Origin: an uncultured Chloroflexia bacterium
GTDB lineage: Bacteria > Chloroflexota > Limnocylindria > Limnocylindrales > CSP1-4
Reading direction: 5' to 3'
Assembly (NCBI GenBank): GCA_963746855.1
Contig: CAVVDC010000012.1
Location: forward strand, 100,230-164,229
Length of the DNA: 64,000 nucleotides
Shown: positions 30,216 through 41,521 of the stretch, one piece after another
How the letters are laid out: each line of letters begins with the position of its first letter
Numbering within the stretch: position 1 is the stretch's first letter
Notes under the pieces: generated by a model
The model's input: the letters and a program-made list of their open reading frames with translations, nothing else
The model's database searches: none
What the model was told of the DNA's origin: nothing
Translations under genes and position numbers: made by a program

Positions 30216-32894
30216 ATGGTCGGGGCGACACTGACCGCCACGGGACGCCCCAGTCGACGAGCTTGCATGCCCCAACCCTCCGGATCGCCGACATCGACAC
30301 GTTCAGCCGAGCAGACTGACGGACCTCCGCCGCTGACCGCGGCCATGGAACGGCCGCCTTGGCTGGATGCCGCCGTTCGCGTTCGGCTGTTCATCGTCAG
30401 CCTGGTGATCGTCGGGATCTTCGGCTACCTCGCGTTCGTGCGCGACATGGCCCCCGTGCCCGGGGGCATCATGCTGTTCTGGCCCCTGGCGGCCCTGGGC
30501 TTCTACCTGGGCGAGACGAACGTCGTCGTGGTCCATTTCCTGCGCGAGCGTCACTCGTTCTCGCTGAGCGAGCTGCCGGGCGTGATGGGCCTGTTCCTGC
30601 TGACCCCTCCCGACTACGTGCTGGCCTACGTCGTCGGCGCCGGTGCGGCGCTGCTGCTCGATCGCAACCAGTCCGGCGTCAAGCGCGCCTACAACATCGC
30701 CCAGGTCTGGATCTGCGCGATCGTCGGGCTCGTGGTCTTCCATGCGATCGCCGAACCGAGCGGGCAGCTCGTGCCCCGGGACTGGATCGCGGCGTTCGCG
30801 TCAACCGGCGCCACGGCGACCCTCGGTGCGGTCCTGGTCGCCACCGTCATCTCGCTCTCGGGCGGGGCCCCCCAGTTCACCAAGCTGCCCGAGATGATGC
30901 GGTTCAGCACGATGGTCGCGATGGCCAATACAAGCCTGGCGCTGCTGGCGGTCATGGTCATCAAGGAGGACGCGCGATCGGTCCTGCTGCTCGCGGTGCC
31001 GACGGCCATCGTGTTCCTGGCCTATCGCGCCTACATCGGCGAACGGGAGAAGCACGAACGCCTCGAATTGCTGTACGAGTCGAGCCGACTGCTGCACTAC
31101 GCGCCCGAGCTCGACTCGGCCATCGCGGCGCTGCTGGACCACGCTCGCAAGATGTTCCGGGCCGAGCGCGCCGAGCTCCTCCTGTTCCCCGATCCGAACG
31201 GCGAAGGCGCCCTCCGGTCGAGCGCCGGCGGCGCGGCCGGACCCGAGACCATGACGCCCCAGAAGGTGCCGCTCGCCGACTCGCTCCGGGCCCGCGTCCA
31301 GCGCGAGCGCGGGGCGTTCCACGCGACCGTGACCTCGGCGTGGACGCTGCAACCGGAACAGGTCGAAGAGGCGATGGTCGGTCCGCTCGTCGGCGAGCGC
31401 GGCGTCTTCGGCGCGGTGACCATCATCAACCGGCTCGGCGAGGGCAGTCGCTTCGAGGCGGATGACCTGCGCCTCCTGGAGACCGTCGCCAACCAGGCCG
31501 CGGTGGCGCTGGAGAACGGCCAGCTGGAGCAGTCCCTGCACGAGCTGTCCCGGCTCAAGGAGCAGCTCCGCCACCAGGCCTATCACGACTCGCTGACCGG
31601 TCTCGGCAACCGGGCCCTCTTCGTCGAGGAGGTCGAGCGCCGGCTCGCCGGGCCGCGCGACCCGGCGGCGCCGCCGTGCATCGTCTTCCTCGACCTCGAC
31701 GACTTCAAGGTCGTCAACGACACGTTCGGACACCCCTCGGGCGATGAGCTGCTGGTCGATGTCGCCGAGCGCATCGGGGCGGAGCTGCGCGACGGCGACC
31801 TGCTGGCGCGATTCGGCGGCGACGAGTTCGCCGTTCTGCCCGGCGAGGGCGCGAGCGTCGAGGACGCCATGGCGCTGACCCAGCGCATCATCGTCGCCCT
31901 CGAACTGCCATTCCCGGTCGCGGGGACGGACGTCATCGTCGGCTGCAGCGTCGGGATCAGCGTCGCCCGCGGTGGCGAGCTCGTCGACGAGCTCCTCCGC
32001 GACGCCGACGTCGCGATGTACCGGGCCAAGGCGGACGGCAAGCGTCGGGCCGAGGTGTTCGACCCGAAGATGCATCGCTCCATCGTCGAGCGCCACGAGC
32101 TGAACACGGACCTCGGCCGGAGCATCAGCCGCGGCGACCTCGCCGTGCACTACCAGCCGATCGTCGAGCTGACGACCGGCCGGATCGTCGGCGTCGAGGC
32201 GCTGGTCCGCTGGCGTCACCCGACCCGCGGCATCGTGGACCCGGCCGACTTCATCCGGCTCGCCGAGGAAAGCGGCAAGATCGTCGCACTGGGCCGCACG
32301 GTCCTGCAGGCCGCCGCACAGCAGGTCGTGGCCTGGCATCGCCTCCCGGGCCTCGAGACCCTGGCGCTCAGCGTCAACCTGTCGCCGCTCCAGCTCCAGC
32401 ACAAGGGCTTCATCGACGAGGTCGTGGCGGACCTGCGCGAGTCAGGCATCGATCCGGGCGACCTGACCTTCGAGATGACCGAGACCGCGATGTTCCGGGA
32501 CACGCAGGCCACGATCGTCACCCTCGAGTTGCTGCGGGCCCTCGGCGTCCGGATCGCGATGGACGACTTCGGCACGGGCTACTCGTCGCTCGCGTACCTG
32601 CGCCGCTTCCCGGTCGACATCCTCAAGATCGCGCGCGAGCTCATCGGGGCGCCCGGAGAGGCCGAGCGCGAGGCCTGGGCGTTCGCGAAGGCCATCCTCG
32701 CGCTGGGCCGTTCACTCGGCCTGACCGTCGTCGCAGAAGGCATCGAGACCGACGAGCAGCTCCGGATGCTGCGTCGCCTCGGGTGCGAGCTGGGCCAGGG
32801 CTACCTGTTCGGCCGACCGGCCACGGCCAAGGAGATCGAGGCCCAGCTCATCGAAGGCGTGACCGGCCCCCTCGGCCAGCGGGTCACGGCCTGA
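30216..32894 (+). CDS. polytopic membrane GAF-GGDEF-EAL protein (diguanylate cyclase/phosphodiesterase)
   Basis: About 8 TM helices, a GAF-like segment (...[39 protein letters not shown]), RDGD-x5-[38 protein letters not shown]. The start is uncertain: ATG 30345 ([18 protein letters not shown]...) is a plausible alternative. Confidence 0.9.
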   Translation: MVGATLTATGRPSRRACMPQPSGSPTSTRSAEQTDGPPPLTAAMERPPWLDAAVRVRLFIVSLVIVGIFGYLAFVRDMAPVPGGIMLFWPLAALGFYLGETNVVVVHFLRERHSFSLSELPGVMGLFLLTPPDYVLAYVVGAGAALLLDRNQSGVKRAYNIAQVWICAIVGLVVFHAIAEPSGQLVPRDWIAAFASTGATATLGAVLVATVISLSGGAPQFTKLPEMMRFSTMVAMANTSLALLAVMVIKEDARSVLLLAVPTAIVFLAYRAYIGEREKHERLELLYESSRLLHYAPELDSAIAALLDHARKMFRAERAELLLFPDPNGEGALRSSAGGAAGPETMTPQKVPLADSLRARVQRERGAFHATVTSAWTLQPEQVEEAMVGPLVGERGVFGAVTIINRLGEGSRFEADDLRLLETVANQAAVALENGQLEQSLHELSRLKEQLRHQAYHDSLTGLGNRALFVEEVERRLAGPRDPAAPPCIVFLDLDDFKVVNDTFGHPSGDELLVDVAERIGAELRDGDLLARFGGDEFAVLPGEGASVEDAMALTQRIIVALELPFPVAGTDVIVGCSVGISVARGGELVDELLRDADVAMYRAKADGKRRAEVFDPKMHRSIVERHELNTDLGRSISRGDLAVHYQPIVELTTGRIVGVEALVRWRHPTRGIVDPADFIRLAEESGKIVALGRTVLQAAAQQVVAWHRLPGLETLALSVNLSPLQLQHKGFIDEVVADLRESGIDPGDLTFEMTETAMFRDTQATIVTLELLRALGVRIAMDDFGTGYSSLAYLRRFPVDILKIARELIGAPGEAEREAWAFAKAILALGRSLGLTVVAEGIETDEQLRMLRRLGCELGQGYLFGRPATAKEIEAQLIEGVTGPLGQRVTA

Positions 32895-32964
32895 GCCGCT
32901 CGAAACCGAGGCTCTGGTACGCTCTGAGCCCCATCCGATCCCGTTCGCAAGCGAGCCACGCCCG

Positions 32965-34404
32965 ATGACCCAGCCGCGCACCATCGTCTCGAAGATCTGG
33001 GACGACCATGTCGTCACGCAGGACCCCGGCGCCCCCGCCGTCCTCGCGGTCGACCTGCACCTCATCCACGAGGTCACCAGCCCCCAGGCGTTCTCGGGCC
33101 TGCGGGCTCGCGGGCTGCGCGTCCGGCGGCCGGGGCAGACGGTGGCGACCGCCGATCACTCCATCCCGACGACGCCCCGCGACCTGCCGATCCTCGACGA
33201 GATGGCCGCGGCCCAGGTCCGCCAGCTCGAGACGAATTGCGCCGAGTTCGGCATCCCGCTGCACGGCATCGGTTCGCCGAGCCAGGGCATCGTCCACGTC
33301 ATCGGTCCGCAGCTCGGGCTCACCCAGCCGGGCATGACCATCGTCTGCGGCGATTCGCACACGAGCACGCATGGAGCGTTCGGGGCACTGGCGTTCGGGA
33401 TCGGGACGAGCGAGGTGGAGATGGTCCTCGCGACGCAGACGCTCCTCCAGCGCGATCCCCTGACCTACGAGGTTCGCGTCGACGGGCGGCTGGCGCCCGG
33501 CGTCAGCGCCAAGGACATCATCCTGCATCTCATCTCGCGCATCGGCATCGGCGGCGGGACCGGTCACATCTTCGAATACCGAGGCGAGGCGATCCGGGCC
33601 CTGACCATGGAACAGCGGATGACGATCTGCAACATGAGCATCGAGGGCGGTGCGCGAGCCGGCCTGATCGCCCCGGACGACACGACCTTCGAGTACCTGG
33701 CCGGGCGCCCGCATGCCCCGGCCGGCGCCGCCTGGGACGACGCCGTCCGACGATGGCGAGGCCTCCCGACCGACGATGGGGCGACGTTCGACAAGTCCAT
33801 CGCCATCGATGCCGACGCGCTCGAACCGATGGTCACGTACGGCACCAACCCGGGCATGGGCATCCCCATCACGGGCAACGTGCCGTCGCCGGACGAGCAG
33901 GGCGACCCGGCCCAGCGCCGGGCCCTCGAGCGGGCGCTGGAGTACATGGACCTGCGGCCCGGTCAGGCGATCCTCGGCCAGAAGGTCGACGTCGTCTTCG
34001 TCGGCAGCTGCACGAACGGCCGCATCAGCGACCTGCGCCTCGCGGCCGCCGCGCTCAAGGACCGACACGTCGCCGACGGCGTCCGGCTGATGGTGGTCCC
34101 AGGCAGCGACGAGGTGAAGCGCGAAGCCGAGGCCGAGGGCCTCGCCGAGGTCTTCAAGGCGGCCGGCGCCGAGTGGCGAGAAGCGGGCTGCTCGATGTGC
34201 ATCGCCATGAACGGCGACCAGTTGCGGCCCGGGCAGTACGCCGTCAGCACCAGCAACCGCAACTTCGAGGGCCGCCAGGGCAAGGGCGGGCGCACGTTCC
34301 TCGCCTCGCCGCTCACGGCGGCGGCCAGCGCCATCTACGGGGTCGTCAGCGACCCGCGGCGACTGCCCGGCATCGAGACGCTCGCCGCGGTCGGCGGTCG
34401 CTGA
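32965..34404 (+). CDS. leuC: 3-isopropylmalate dehydratase large subunit
   Basis: KIWDDHVV...[58 protein letters not shown]. Confidence 0.95.
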   Translation: MTQPRTIVSKIWDDHVVTQDPGAPAVLAVDLHLIHEVTSPQAFSGLRARGLRVRRPGQTVATADHSIPTTPRDLPILDEMAAAQVRQLETNCAEFGIPLHGIGSPSQGIVHVIGPQLGLTQPGMTIVCGDSHTSTHGAFGALAFGIGTSEVEMVLATQTLLQRDPLTYEVRVDGRLAPGVSAKDIILHLISRIGIGGGTGHIFEYRGEAIRALTMEQRMTICNMSIEGGARAGLIAPDDTTFEYLAGRPHAPAGAAWDDAVRRWRGLPTDDGATFDKSIAIDADALEPMVTYGTNPGMGIPITGNVPSPDEQGDPAQRRALERALEYMDLRPGQAILGQKVDVVFVGSCTNGRISDLRLAAAALKDRHVADGVRLMVVPGSDEVKREAEAEGLAEVFKAAGAEWREAGCSMCIAMNGDQLRPGQYAVSTSNRNFEGRQGKGGRTFLASPLTAAASAIYGVVSDPRRLPGIETLAAVGGR

Positions 34405-35027
34405 TGGGCGAGCCCTTCACGATGTTCACGAGCAAGGCCGTGCCGATCGCGGCCGAGAACGTCGACACCGACCAGATCGTGCCCGCCCGCTATCTCAAGG
34501 TCACCGACAAGGACGGCCTCGCCGAGGCCCTGTTCCGGGACTGGCGCTTCGAGGAGGACGGATCGTTGAAGGATCCGCCGTTCATCCTCGATCGGCCGGG
34601 CATGGCCGGACGCCAGATCCTGCTGGTCGGCGACAACTTCGGGGCCGGTTCGTCGCGCGAGCACGCGCCGTGGGCCCTGGCCGCCTGGGGCGTCCGAGCC
34701 ATCATCTCGACCTCGTTCGCGGACATCTTTAGCAACAACAGCCTCAAGAACGGGGTGCTGCCGATCGCGGTCGATGCGGCCACGCACGCGCGACTGGTGG
34801 CCCTGCTGCAGGCCGATCCGGACGCCTCGCTGACCGTCGACCTCGCGGAGGGCGGCATGCTGCTGCCGGATGGCTCGACCATCGACTTCGAGATCGATCC
34901 GTTCGCGCGGCAGATGCTCCTTGCGGGCACGGACGAGCTCGGCTACCTCCTCTCGAAGGAGGCCGAGCTCGGCGCATGGGAGGCGGGCCACCCGCCGCAG
35001 ATCGATTCACTCGCCGGAGCGAGCTGA
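34404..35027 (+). CDS. leuD: 3-isopropylmalate dehydratase small subunit
   Basis: ENVDTDQIVPARYLK, GDNFGAGSSREHAPWAL. The ATG overlaps the leuC TGA by 1 nt. It lies inside track ORF 33237..35027. Confidence 0.95.
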   Translation: MGEPFTMFTSKAVPIAAENVDTDQIVPARYLKVTDKDGLAEALFRDWRFEEDGSLKDPPFILDRPGMAGRQILLVGDNFGAGSSREHAPWALAAWGVRAIISTSFADIFSNNSLKNGVLPIAVDAATHARLVALLQADPDASLTVDLAEGGMLLPDGSTIDFEIDPFARQMLLAGTDELGYLLSKEAELGAWEAGHPPQIDSLAGAS

Positions 35028-35038
35028 CCGAGCCTGCC

Positions 35039-35665
35039 ATGGACCGGGCGGAACCCACGACCCGGCGGGCTCGTCTCCGGGCCATGCGTACCCTCCGCCG
35101 GCTCGCCGGCCCACTCAGCCTCGTCATCCTCGTGACCGCGTGCGCCGGCTCGGTCTCCCCGACCGCTCGGCCGCCGGACAAGACCGCGGGCATGCCACCG
35201 ATCTCGATGCCGAGCGCGTCGCCGAGTGCTGACGCCTCGCCGTCCTCCGGCCCGACCAGCCCGGCCACCGACGATCCGAACGCCCCGATCGGCACCGACG
35301 TCCCACCCGGCACGAGCGAGCCAGGCAACGGTCCCGTCATCATCCCCAAGCCGGGCCAGCTCGAGATCCGCCCGGTCAGGCTGGACCTGCTCGCGGCCGC
35401 CGTGGACGGGCGGCACGTCATCGTCACGGCGACCTGGACGAGCGGCGTCGAGCCGTGCTACGTCCTCGACCACGTCTTCGTCGCGCCCGGGGCCCGGTCG
35501 TTCACGATCACCGTGTTCGAGGGTCACGGCCCGGGCGACGACATCTGCATCGAGATCGCCCAGATCAAGCAGACCCAGGTCGATCTCGGGGAGCTCGCCC
35601 CGGGCACCTACACGATCGCCGACAGCCAGCGTGGCGCCGCCCCGATCGAGGTGACGGTCAGCTAG
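35039..35665 (+). CDS. lipoprotein of unknown function
   Basis: Arg-rich N-terminus, then LSLVILVTAC (lipobox), a Pro/Ser-rich linker and a small beta-rich C-domain. Confidence 0.65.
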   Translation: MDRAEPTTRRARLRAMRTLRRLAGPLSLVILVTACAGSVSPTARPPDKTAGMPPISMPSASPSADASPSSGPTSPATDDPNAPIGTDVPPGTSEPGNGPVIIPKPGQLEIRPVRLDLLAAAVDGRHVIVTATWTSGVEPCYVLDHVFVAPGARSFTITVFEGHGPGDDICIEIAQIKQTQVDLGELAPGTYTIADSQRGAAPIEVTVS

Positions 35666-35739
35666 GCTCGATTCGCGCCCGGCGACCGTCTCGCGAGCTG
35701 CCGCCGTCAGGATTCCGGCGCCTGTGCGACGATCGGGCC

Positions 35740-36924
35740 GTGAACCCGCTGGACGTCGTCGCGATCCTGCTGGTCGCCCTCGGAGCGTTCCTCGGCTTCC
35801 GCTCCGGCGCGCTCCCGCAGATCGGTGGGCTCATCGGCGCGATCGGCGGGGCGGCGATCGTCATCCTCGGACTCCCGTTCGTGACCGAGCAACTCGCCCA
35901 GGTCGATGCCGCGCTGCGCCCGTTCCTGGTGCTCGCCGGCCTGCTCATCGCCGTCGCGCTCGGTGAATCGATCGGGTCGACCATCGGTCGCCGGGTCGCG
36001 CGCGGCCTTGGCACTGGCGTGCTCGGAGCGGCCGACCGGGTCTTCGGCTCGTTCGTCGGCGTGGCCCAGGCGGTCCTCATCGTGTGGCTGGTCGGTGGAC
36101 TGCTCGCGTTCGGGCCCGTCGCCCGCCTGACCGAGGCGGCCCAGACGTCGCGGGCCATCCGCGTCCTCAACGCCCTGTTGCCGGCCCCGGGGGAGTTCGC
36201 CGTGGAGCTCGGTCGGCTCCTCGACAGCACGGGCCTGCCGGCCGTCTTCGTCGGCTTCGAGCCCATTCCCGCGCCAGCCGTCGACCGACCCGACGACCCG
36301 ACGGCGCATCGGCTGGCCCAGGCCGCGGTCGCGAGCACGGTGAAGGTCGCGGCGGCCGCGTGCGGCTACTCGTCGGTCGGCACTGGCTTCGCCGTCCGGC
36401 GCGATCACGTCGTCACCAACGCCCACGTGGTCGCCGGGGCGGACCGTCGCGCGGTCCGCGTCACCTCGGCCGACGGACGACTGCTCGATGGCCAGGTCGT
36501 GCTGTTCGATCCCGAGTTCGACATCGCGGTCGTCTACGTCCCGGATCTCGACGCACCTGGGCTGCGGTTCGCCTCGTCCGACCCGGCCCGGGGCGCCATC
36601 GGCGCCACGCTCGGCTATCCGGGAGGCGGTCGCCTCGAAGTGCTGCCGGCCGCGGTCGCCGACGCCTACGCCGCGACCGGTCGCGACATCTACAGCGAAT
36701 CAACGGTCAGGCGCCGCATCCTCGAGCTGCGCGCCGCCATCGACCGCGGCGACAGTGGCGGACCGCTGATCCTGCGCGACGGCACCGTCGGGGGGGTCGT
36801 GTTCGCCGAGGCTCGCTCCGATCCCGACGTCGGGTATGCCCTCTCGCCGACCGAGGTCGCGGCCCGGGTCGCCCCCGCGCTGGACCGGACCGCCCCCGTC
36901 GATACGGGCGCCTGCACCCGCTGA
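35740..36924 (+). CDS. CvpA-domain membrane protein fused to a trypsin-like serine protease (MarP family)
   Basis: GTG 35740 ([20 protein letters not shown]...). Four TM helices, then the catalytic triad contexts [23 protein letters not shown]. Confidence 0.8.
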   Translation: MNPLDVVAILLVALGAFLGFRSGALPQIGGLIGAIGGAAIVILGLPFVTEQLAQVDAALRPFLVLAGLLIAVALGESIGSTIGRRVARGLGTGVLGAADRVFGSFVGVAQAVLIVWLVGGLLAFGPVARLTEAAQTSRAIRVLNALLPAPGEFAVELGRLLDSTGLPAVFVGFEPIPAPAVDRPDDPTAHRLAQAAVASTVKVAAAACGYSSVGTGFAVRRDHVVTNAHVVAGADRRAVRVTSADGRLLDGQVVLFDPEFDIAVVYVPDLDAPGLRFASSDPARGAIGATLGYPGGGRLEVLPAAVADAYAATGRDIYSESTVRRRILELRAAIDRGDSGGPLILRDGTVGGVVFAEARSDPDVGYALSPTEVAARVAPALDRTAPVDTGACTR

Positions 36925-36926
36925 CC

Positions 36927-36942
36927 ACGCCCGTTCGGGCGT
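36927..36942 (+). terminator. short hairpin after the MarP-like gene
   Basis: ACGCCC-gttc-GGGCGT directly after the stop at 36924. TACACT (a -10-like hexamer) follows, upstream of ilvD. Confidence 0.35.
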
Positions 36943-36982
36943 CTACACTTGGCGCTCCCGACAGCCCACCAAGGACGACCCG

Positions 36983-38725
36983 ATGCCCGACGCCCGCCAT
37001 CCCTACGACCGTCCGACCGATCCGGCCAAGCGCCACTCGGCGGCCCTGACCGACGGCCCCGATCGGGCCGGCGCCCGGTCGATGCTCAAGGCCATCGGCT
37101 TCACCGACGAAGACCTGGCGAAGCCGCTGGTCGGCGTGGCGACGACGTGGATCGAGACCATGCCGTGCAACTACAACCAGCGCCGCCTGGCCGAGCACGT
37201 GAAGGACGGCATCCGGGCGGCCGGCGGCACGCCGATGGAGTTCAACACGATCTCCGTCAGCGACGGCGTGTCGATGGGCACCGAGGGCATGAAGGCCTCG
37301 CTCATCAGCCGCGACCTCATCGCCGATTCCATCGAGCTCGTCATGCGCGGCCACCTGCTCGACGGCCTCGTGTGCCTGGTCGGCTGCGACAAGACGATGC
37401 CCGGCGCAGCGATGGCGCTCGGGCGCCTCGATGTGCCCGGCCTGGCTCTCTACAACGGCACGATCTACCCCGGCGTGTACAAGGGCCAGCGGAACGCCAC
37501 GGTCGTGACCGTGTACGAGGCCATCGGGGCGTACCGGGCCGGCAAGATCACGCTCGACGAGCTGTACGAGATCGAGAACGTCGCCTGTCCGGGTGCGGGT
37601 GCGTGCGGTGGCCAGTTCACGGCCAACACGATGAGCATGGTCCTGGAGTTCATCGGGCTCTCGCCCGCCGGTCTCAACGGCATCCCGGCCGAGGATCCGG
37701 CCAAGGACGCGGCCGCGCGGACCTCGGGCGAGCTGGTGATGGACCTCGTCCGACGGGACGTGCGGCCGTCGTCGATCCTCACGCGCCAGGCCCTGGAGAA
37801 CGGGATCGCCTCGGTCGCGGCCACCGGCGGGTCGACGAACGGCGTGTTGCACCTGCTCGCGATCGCCCATGAGTTCGGCATCCCGCTCGACATCGACGAA
37901 TTCGGGGTCATCGCGGACCGGACGCCCGTGGTCGCAGACCTGCAGCCCGGTGGGCGATTCGTGGCGAGCGACCTGTACGACGCCGGCGGCGTCGGGCTCG
38001 TCATGCGCGAGCTCCTCAAGCGACCCGGTCTGCTGCACGGCGATTCGCCCACGGTCGATGGACGGACGATCGCCGAGATCGCGGCCGCCACCACCGAAAC
38101 CCCCGGCCAGCAGGTGGTCGTCCCGATCGACCGGCCGCTCAAGGCCACCGGTGGGCTCGCGATCCTGCACGGCTCCCTCGCACCGGACGGCTGCGTCGTC
38201 AAGCTGGCGGGGCACGAGCGTCGGCTCCATCGCGGACCAGCCCGTGTCTTCGAATCGGAGGCGGACTGCTATGCCGCCGTCCGCGACCGCCGGATCGTGC
38301 CGGGCGACGTCGTGGTCATCCGCAACGAGGGCCCGGTCGGCGGCCCGGGCATGCAGGAGATGCTGAGCGTGACCGCCGCACTCGTCGGCGAGGGCCTCGG
38401 CGACTCGGTCGCGCTGCTGACCGACGGCCGGTTCTCGGGCGGGACCCACGGGCTGATGATCGGCCACGTCGCGCCCGAGGCCGCCCTCGGCGGCCCGATC
38501 GCGGTCGTGCGCGAAGGCGACTCGGTCGTCATCGACGTCGACCGCAAGGCGCTCGACCTGGAGGTCCCCGCCGACGAGGTCGCGCGTCGCCTGGCCGCCT
38601 GGACACCGCCGGCCCCGCGCTACTCGGGCGGCGTGATGGCCAAGTACGCGGCCCTCGTCGATTCGGCGTCGCGCGGCGCGGTCACGACCGGGAGCCGGAT
38701 GAGCGCGAGCCTGCGAGGACGCTGA
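36983..38725 (+). CDS. ilvD: dihydroxy-acid dehydratase
   Basis: [62 protein letters not shown] 36983 chosen; the upstream part of the track ORF overlaps the previous gene. Confidence 0.95.
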   Translation: MPDARHPYDRPTDPAKRHSAALTDGPDRAGARSMLKAIGFTDEDLAKPLVGVATTWIETMPCNYNQRRLAEHVKDGIRAAGGTPMEFNTISVSDGVSMGTEGMKASLISRDLIADSIELVMRGHLLDGLVCLVGCDKTMPGAAMALGRLDVPGLALYNGTIYPGVYKGQRNATVVTVYEAIGAYRAGKITLDELYEIENVACPGAGACGGQFTANTMSMVLEFIGLSPAGLNGIPAEDPAKDAAARTSGELVMDLVRRDVRPSSILTRQALENGIASVAATGGSTNGVLHLLAIAHEFGIPLDIDEFGVIADRTPVVADLQPGGRFVASDLYDAGGVGLVMRELLKRPGLLHGDSPTVDGRTIAEIAAATTETPGQQVVVPIDRPLKATGGLAILHGSLAPDGCVVKLAGHERRLHRGPARVFESEADCYAAVRDRRIVPGDVVVIRNEGPVGGPGMQEMLSVTAALVGEGLGDSVALLTDGRFSGGTHGLMIGHVAPEAALGGPIAVVREGDSVVIDVDRKALDLEVPADEVARRLAAWTPPAPRYSGGVMAKYAALVDSASRGAVTTGSRMSASLRGR

Positions 38726-38729
38726 CCGC

Positions 38730-39644
38730 GTGACGGCGACGACGACGCGCCGCGTCGAGATCGGGATCAAGACCTCACCGCAGGGGGTCGACTGGCCGAC
38801 GCTGGATGCGGCGTGGGCACGGATCGGCGAGCACGACGTGTTCGGCAGCGTCTGGATGAACGACCACCTCACCGACATCGGGCAGGATCGCGCCGGCCCG
38901 TCGTTCGAGGCGTTCACCGCGATGGCCGCCCTCGCCCACCGCGTGCCGGGCAAGTGGCTGGGCCATGCCGTCCTGTCCGTCACGTTCCGCCATCCGTCGG
39001 TACTCGCGAAGTCGGCGACGGTCATGGATCATGCGACGGGTGGGCGCTTCATCCTCGGTCTCGGCGCGGGCTGGTTCGATCCGGAGCACACGCCCTTCGC
39101 GATCCCCTACCCGCCGATGCCCGAGCGGTTCGACCGGTTCGAATCCGCGGTCCGCACGATCCGCGCGCTCAACTCCGCGGCGGCGACCACGTCCGCGGGC
39201 GTGGCCCGCGACGATCCGTTCTACCCGCTGGCCGGCGCGACGAACGACCCGCCGCCCCTGACCCCGGGCGGCCCGCCGATCTGGCTCGGCGGCCAGAAGC
39301 GGCGTGGCATCGCGCTCGCGGCGGCCGTCGCCGACGGATGGCTCCTGCCGGCCGTGACCGCTGACAAGAACCCGACCGACATGTCCTACTTCGCCGGTCG
39401 CCGGGACGCGATCCTCGCCGCCCTCGACGCCGCCGGGCGCGACCCGGCCGCGTTCGCCATCGTCGCCCAGGTCCCGGCCGGGACGACCGCCGAGAGCCGG
39501 CGCGAGGGCCTCGATGCGGCGCACGAGGCGGTCCGGCTGGGGGCCACGCACGTCATCGTGGGCATGCCCGCGCGCCTCGGGGCAGCGGGCGTGGACGGGG
39601 TCGCCCGCACGATCGCGGAGCCGCTGCGCGAGGCCCACGGGTGA
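38730..39644 (+). CDS. luciferase-like monooxygenase (LLM) class flavin/F420-dependent oxidoreductase
   Basis: 304 aa: VEIGIKTSPQGVDW...VWMNDHL...GRFILGLGAGWF. TIM-barrel LLM pattern. Confidence 0.8.
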   Translation: MTATTTRRVEIGIKTSPQGVDWPTLDAAWARIGEHDVFGSVWMNDHLTDIGQDRAGPSFEAFTAMAALAHRVPGKWLGHAVLSVTFRHPSVLAKSATVMDHATGGRFILGLGAGWFDPEHTPFAIPYPPMPERFDRFESAVRTIRALNSAAATTSAGVARDDPFYPLAGATNDPPPLTPGGPPIWLGGQKRRGIALAAAVADGWLLPAVTADKNPTDMSYFAGRRDAILAALDAAGRDPAAFAIVAQVPAGTTAESRREGLDAAHEAVRLGATHVIVGMPARLGAAGVDGVARTIAEPLREAHG

Positions 39645-39964
39645 CGTTCGCCGTGCAGCGGGCCGCTGCCCGATCTGCCGACGATGCGAGGCCTCCTCGT
39701 TCACGGCATCATGCAATCGTGACCGAGCTCGAGCCGACCCCCCTGCCGCCCGACCCGGCCGCCTACGACGACGTCCGCAATGTCCACGCCCGAGCGCGTG
39801 GCCTCGAGGCGCCGTACATCGCCGGCGGGACGGATCCCGATCCGGCTGCCGGCCTGCGCGAGGAGCGCTACTACGGCCGGCTGCTGCTCTGGATGGTCAT
39901 CGTGCTGATCCTCGGCGGGTTCGTCGTCGGGCTGATCATCGCCCTCGCGTCGGCCGCCTCGTGA
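39641..39964 (+). CDS. small C-terminally anchored membrane protein
   Basis: GTGA overlaps with both flanking genes. GC3 becomes gene-like only from GTG 39719 (VTELEPT...), so the true start may be there. C-terminal TM helix LLLWMVIVLILGGFVVGLIIALA. Confidence 0.5.
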   Translation: MTFAVQRAAARSADDARPPRSRHHAIVTELEPTPLPPDPAAYDDVRNVHARARGLEAPYIAGGTDPDPAAGLREERYYGRLLLWMVIVLILGGFVVGLIIALASAAS

Positions 39965-41394
39965 ACCGGGTTGCCGCCGCCCCGTCGAGCCAGCTGGGCG
40001 ACGCGACCTGGGTCGCCGCCCACGAGACGCTCGTCGCGACGCTGCGCGACCTCATCCGCATCCCCTCGGTCAATCCGCCCGACCCGGCCCGCCCGGACCA
40101 GGAGCTCGTCGTCGCACGGTACATCGCCGACCAGCTGACGGCCGAAGGGCTGGAGCCCGAGATCGTCGAGCCCGTGCCCGGTCGCGGCTCGGTCCACGTC
40201 CGGCTGCGCGGCGACGGGACCGGTGGCGAGCCGATCCTGCTGCTCTCGCACCTCGACGTCGTCCCGGCGCCGCCTGAGCGCTGGACGCACGATCCGTTCG
40301 CCGCCGACATCGCCGGCGGTTACGTCGTCGGCCGCGGCGCCGTCGACATGAAGGACCTGATCGCGATGGAGCTCGGGGTCATCCGCTTGCTCGTGGCCGA
40401 AGCCCGGGCCGCCGGGCTCGACCCCGCCCGAGACCCGATCCCCGGTCTTCGGCGCGACGTGCTGTTCACTGCCGCGGCCGATGAGGAGGCGGGCGGCGAC
40501 GCCGGCGCGAAGTGGATCGCTCGCGAGCGGCCGGACTGGCTGCGGGCGGCCGGCGCGGTCAACGAGAGCGGCGGGGTGTCGGTCACGGTCGCCGGCCGGC
40601 GCATCTATCCCATCCAGGTCGCGGAGAAGGGGTTCGCCCCCTACCGGATCCGTGTCCGCGGCACGTGGGGCCACGGCTCCATGCCGCGCACCGACAACGC
40701 CGCGGTCATGGCCGCGACGATCGTCGAGCGCCTGGCCGTGCCGGGACCGATCCGCCTGACGCCGGTGATGGAGCGGTTCCTCCTCGCCCTGGCGGAGATC
40801 CTGCCGAGCGAGATCGCCGGGGTGGTCCGCGCGGTCGCCGCCGGCGATGCCGGTGCCGAAGCGGGACTCGAGCACGTCTGCGAGCCGACGTATGCCCGGG
40901 CCCTGCGCGCGCTCATCCGCGACACCCTCAGTCCGGACGTCATCCACGCCGGGGTGAAGTACAACGTCATCCCGGGCGACGCGGTCATCGAGGTCGATTG
41001 CCGGGTCCTGCCCGGCTCGACCGAGGCAGCCGCCCGAGCCGAGGTCGAGCGACGGATCGGTCCGGACCTCCTGCCTGCGTGCGAGATCGAGCGCCTCGTC
41101 TGGGGCGAGCCCGTGGAGTCACCGGCCGAGGGACCGCTCTGGGACGTCCTGGTCGGGACGCTGCTCGATCATGACCCCGAGGCCGTCCCGCTGCCGATCA
41201 TGGGCCCGTGGGGCACCGACGCCAAGAGCACGGTCCCACTCGGTGTCCCTACCTACGGCTTCTCGCCGCTCCGGCTCGACCCCGACGAGCGGTATCTCGA
41301 GCGCTACCACGGGGTCGACGAGCGCGTGGCGCTCGATGCCCTCCGCTGGGGGTTGCCAGTCCTCTACGACGTCGTCCGCCGCTTCTGCAGCTGA
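39961..41394 (+). CDS. M20/M25/M40 family metallopeptidase
   Basis: LLLSHLDVVPA, GRGAVDMKD, TAAADEEAGG, GTDAK...HGVDERV. Lies inside track ORF 39514..41394. The GTG start overlaps the previous stop. Confidence 0.85.
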   Translation: MNRVAAAPSSQLGDATWVAAHETLVATLRDLIRIPSVNPPDPARPDQELVVARYIADQLTAEGLEPEIVEPVPGRGSVHVRLRGDGTGGEPILLLSHLDVVPAPPERWTHDPFAADIAGGYVVGRGAVDMKDLIAMELGVIRLLVAEARAAGLDPARDPIPGLRRDVLFTAAADEEAGGDAGAKWIARERPDWLRAAGAVNESGGVSVTVAGRRIYPIQVAEKGFAPYRIRVRGTWGHGSMPRTDNAAVMAATIVERLAVPGPIRLTPVMERFLLALAEILPSEIAGVVRAVAAGDAGAEAGLEHVCEPTYARALRALIRDTLSPDVIHAGVKYNVIPGDAVIEVDCRVLPGSTEAAARAEVERRIGPDLLPACEIERLVWGEPVESPAEGPLWDVLVGTLLDHDPEAVPLPIMGPWGTDAKSTVPLGVPTYGFSPLRLDPDERYLERYHGVDERVALDALRWGLPVLYDVVRRFCS

Positions 41395-41407
41395 CGTCGC
41401 AACCTCA

Positions 41408-41512
41408 CCAGCCGATGGCGGCGTTGCCGTCTCCGCCCCTCGCTCACGCACGTCGGAGTGCGCTCGCTCCGGTGCTCGACGGCGCCTTGCCCTCGACCGG
41501 TGCGCTCGCGCC
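41408..41512 (-). repeat. intergenic repeat, copy B (inverted relative to copy A)
   Basis: CTCGCTCACGCACGTCGGAGTGCGCTCGCTC is the exact reverse complement of 7565-7595. Flanking similarity (GGCAAGGCG, AACGCCGCC) extends the match to about 95 nt. It lies between convergent genes. Confidence 0.6.
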
Positions 41513-41521
41513 GTTCGTTCC

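Noticed and set aside
36707-39025. 772-aa minus-strand ORF spanning ilvD and the LLM gene
   Set aside because: It is antisense to two well-recognised genes, has no motifs, and shows Arg/Gly/Asp-rich shadow-frame composition.
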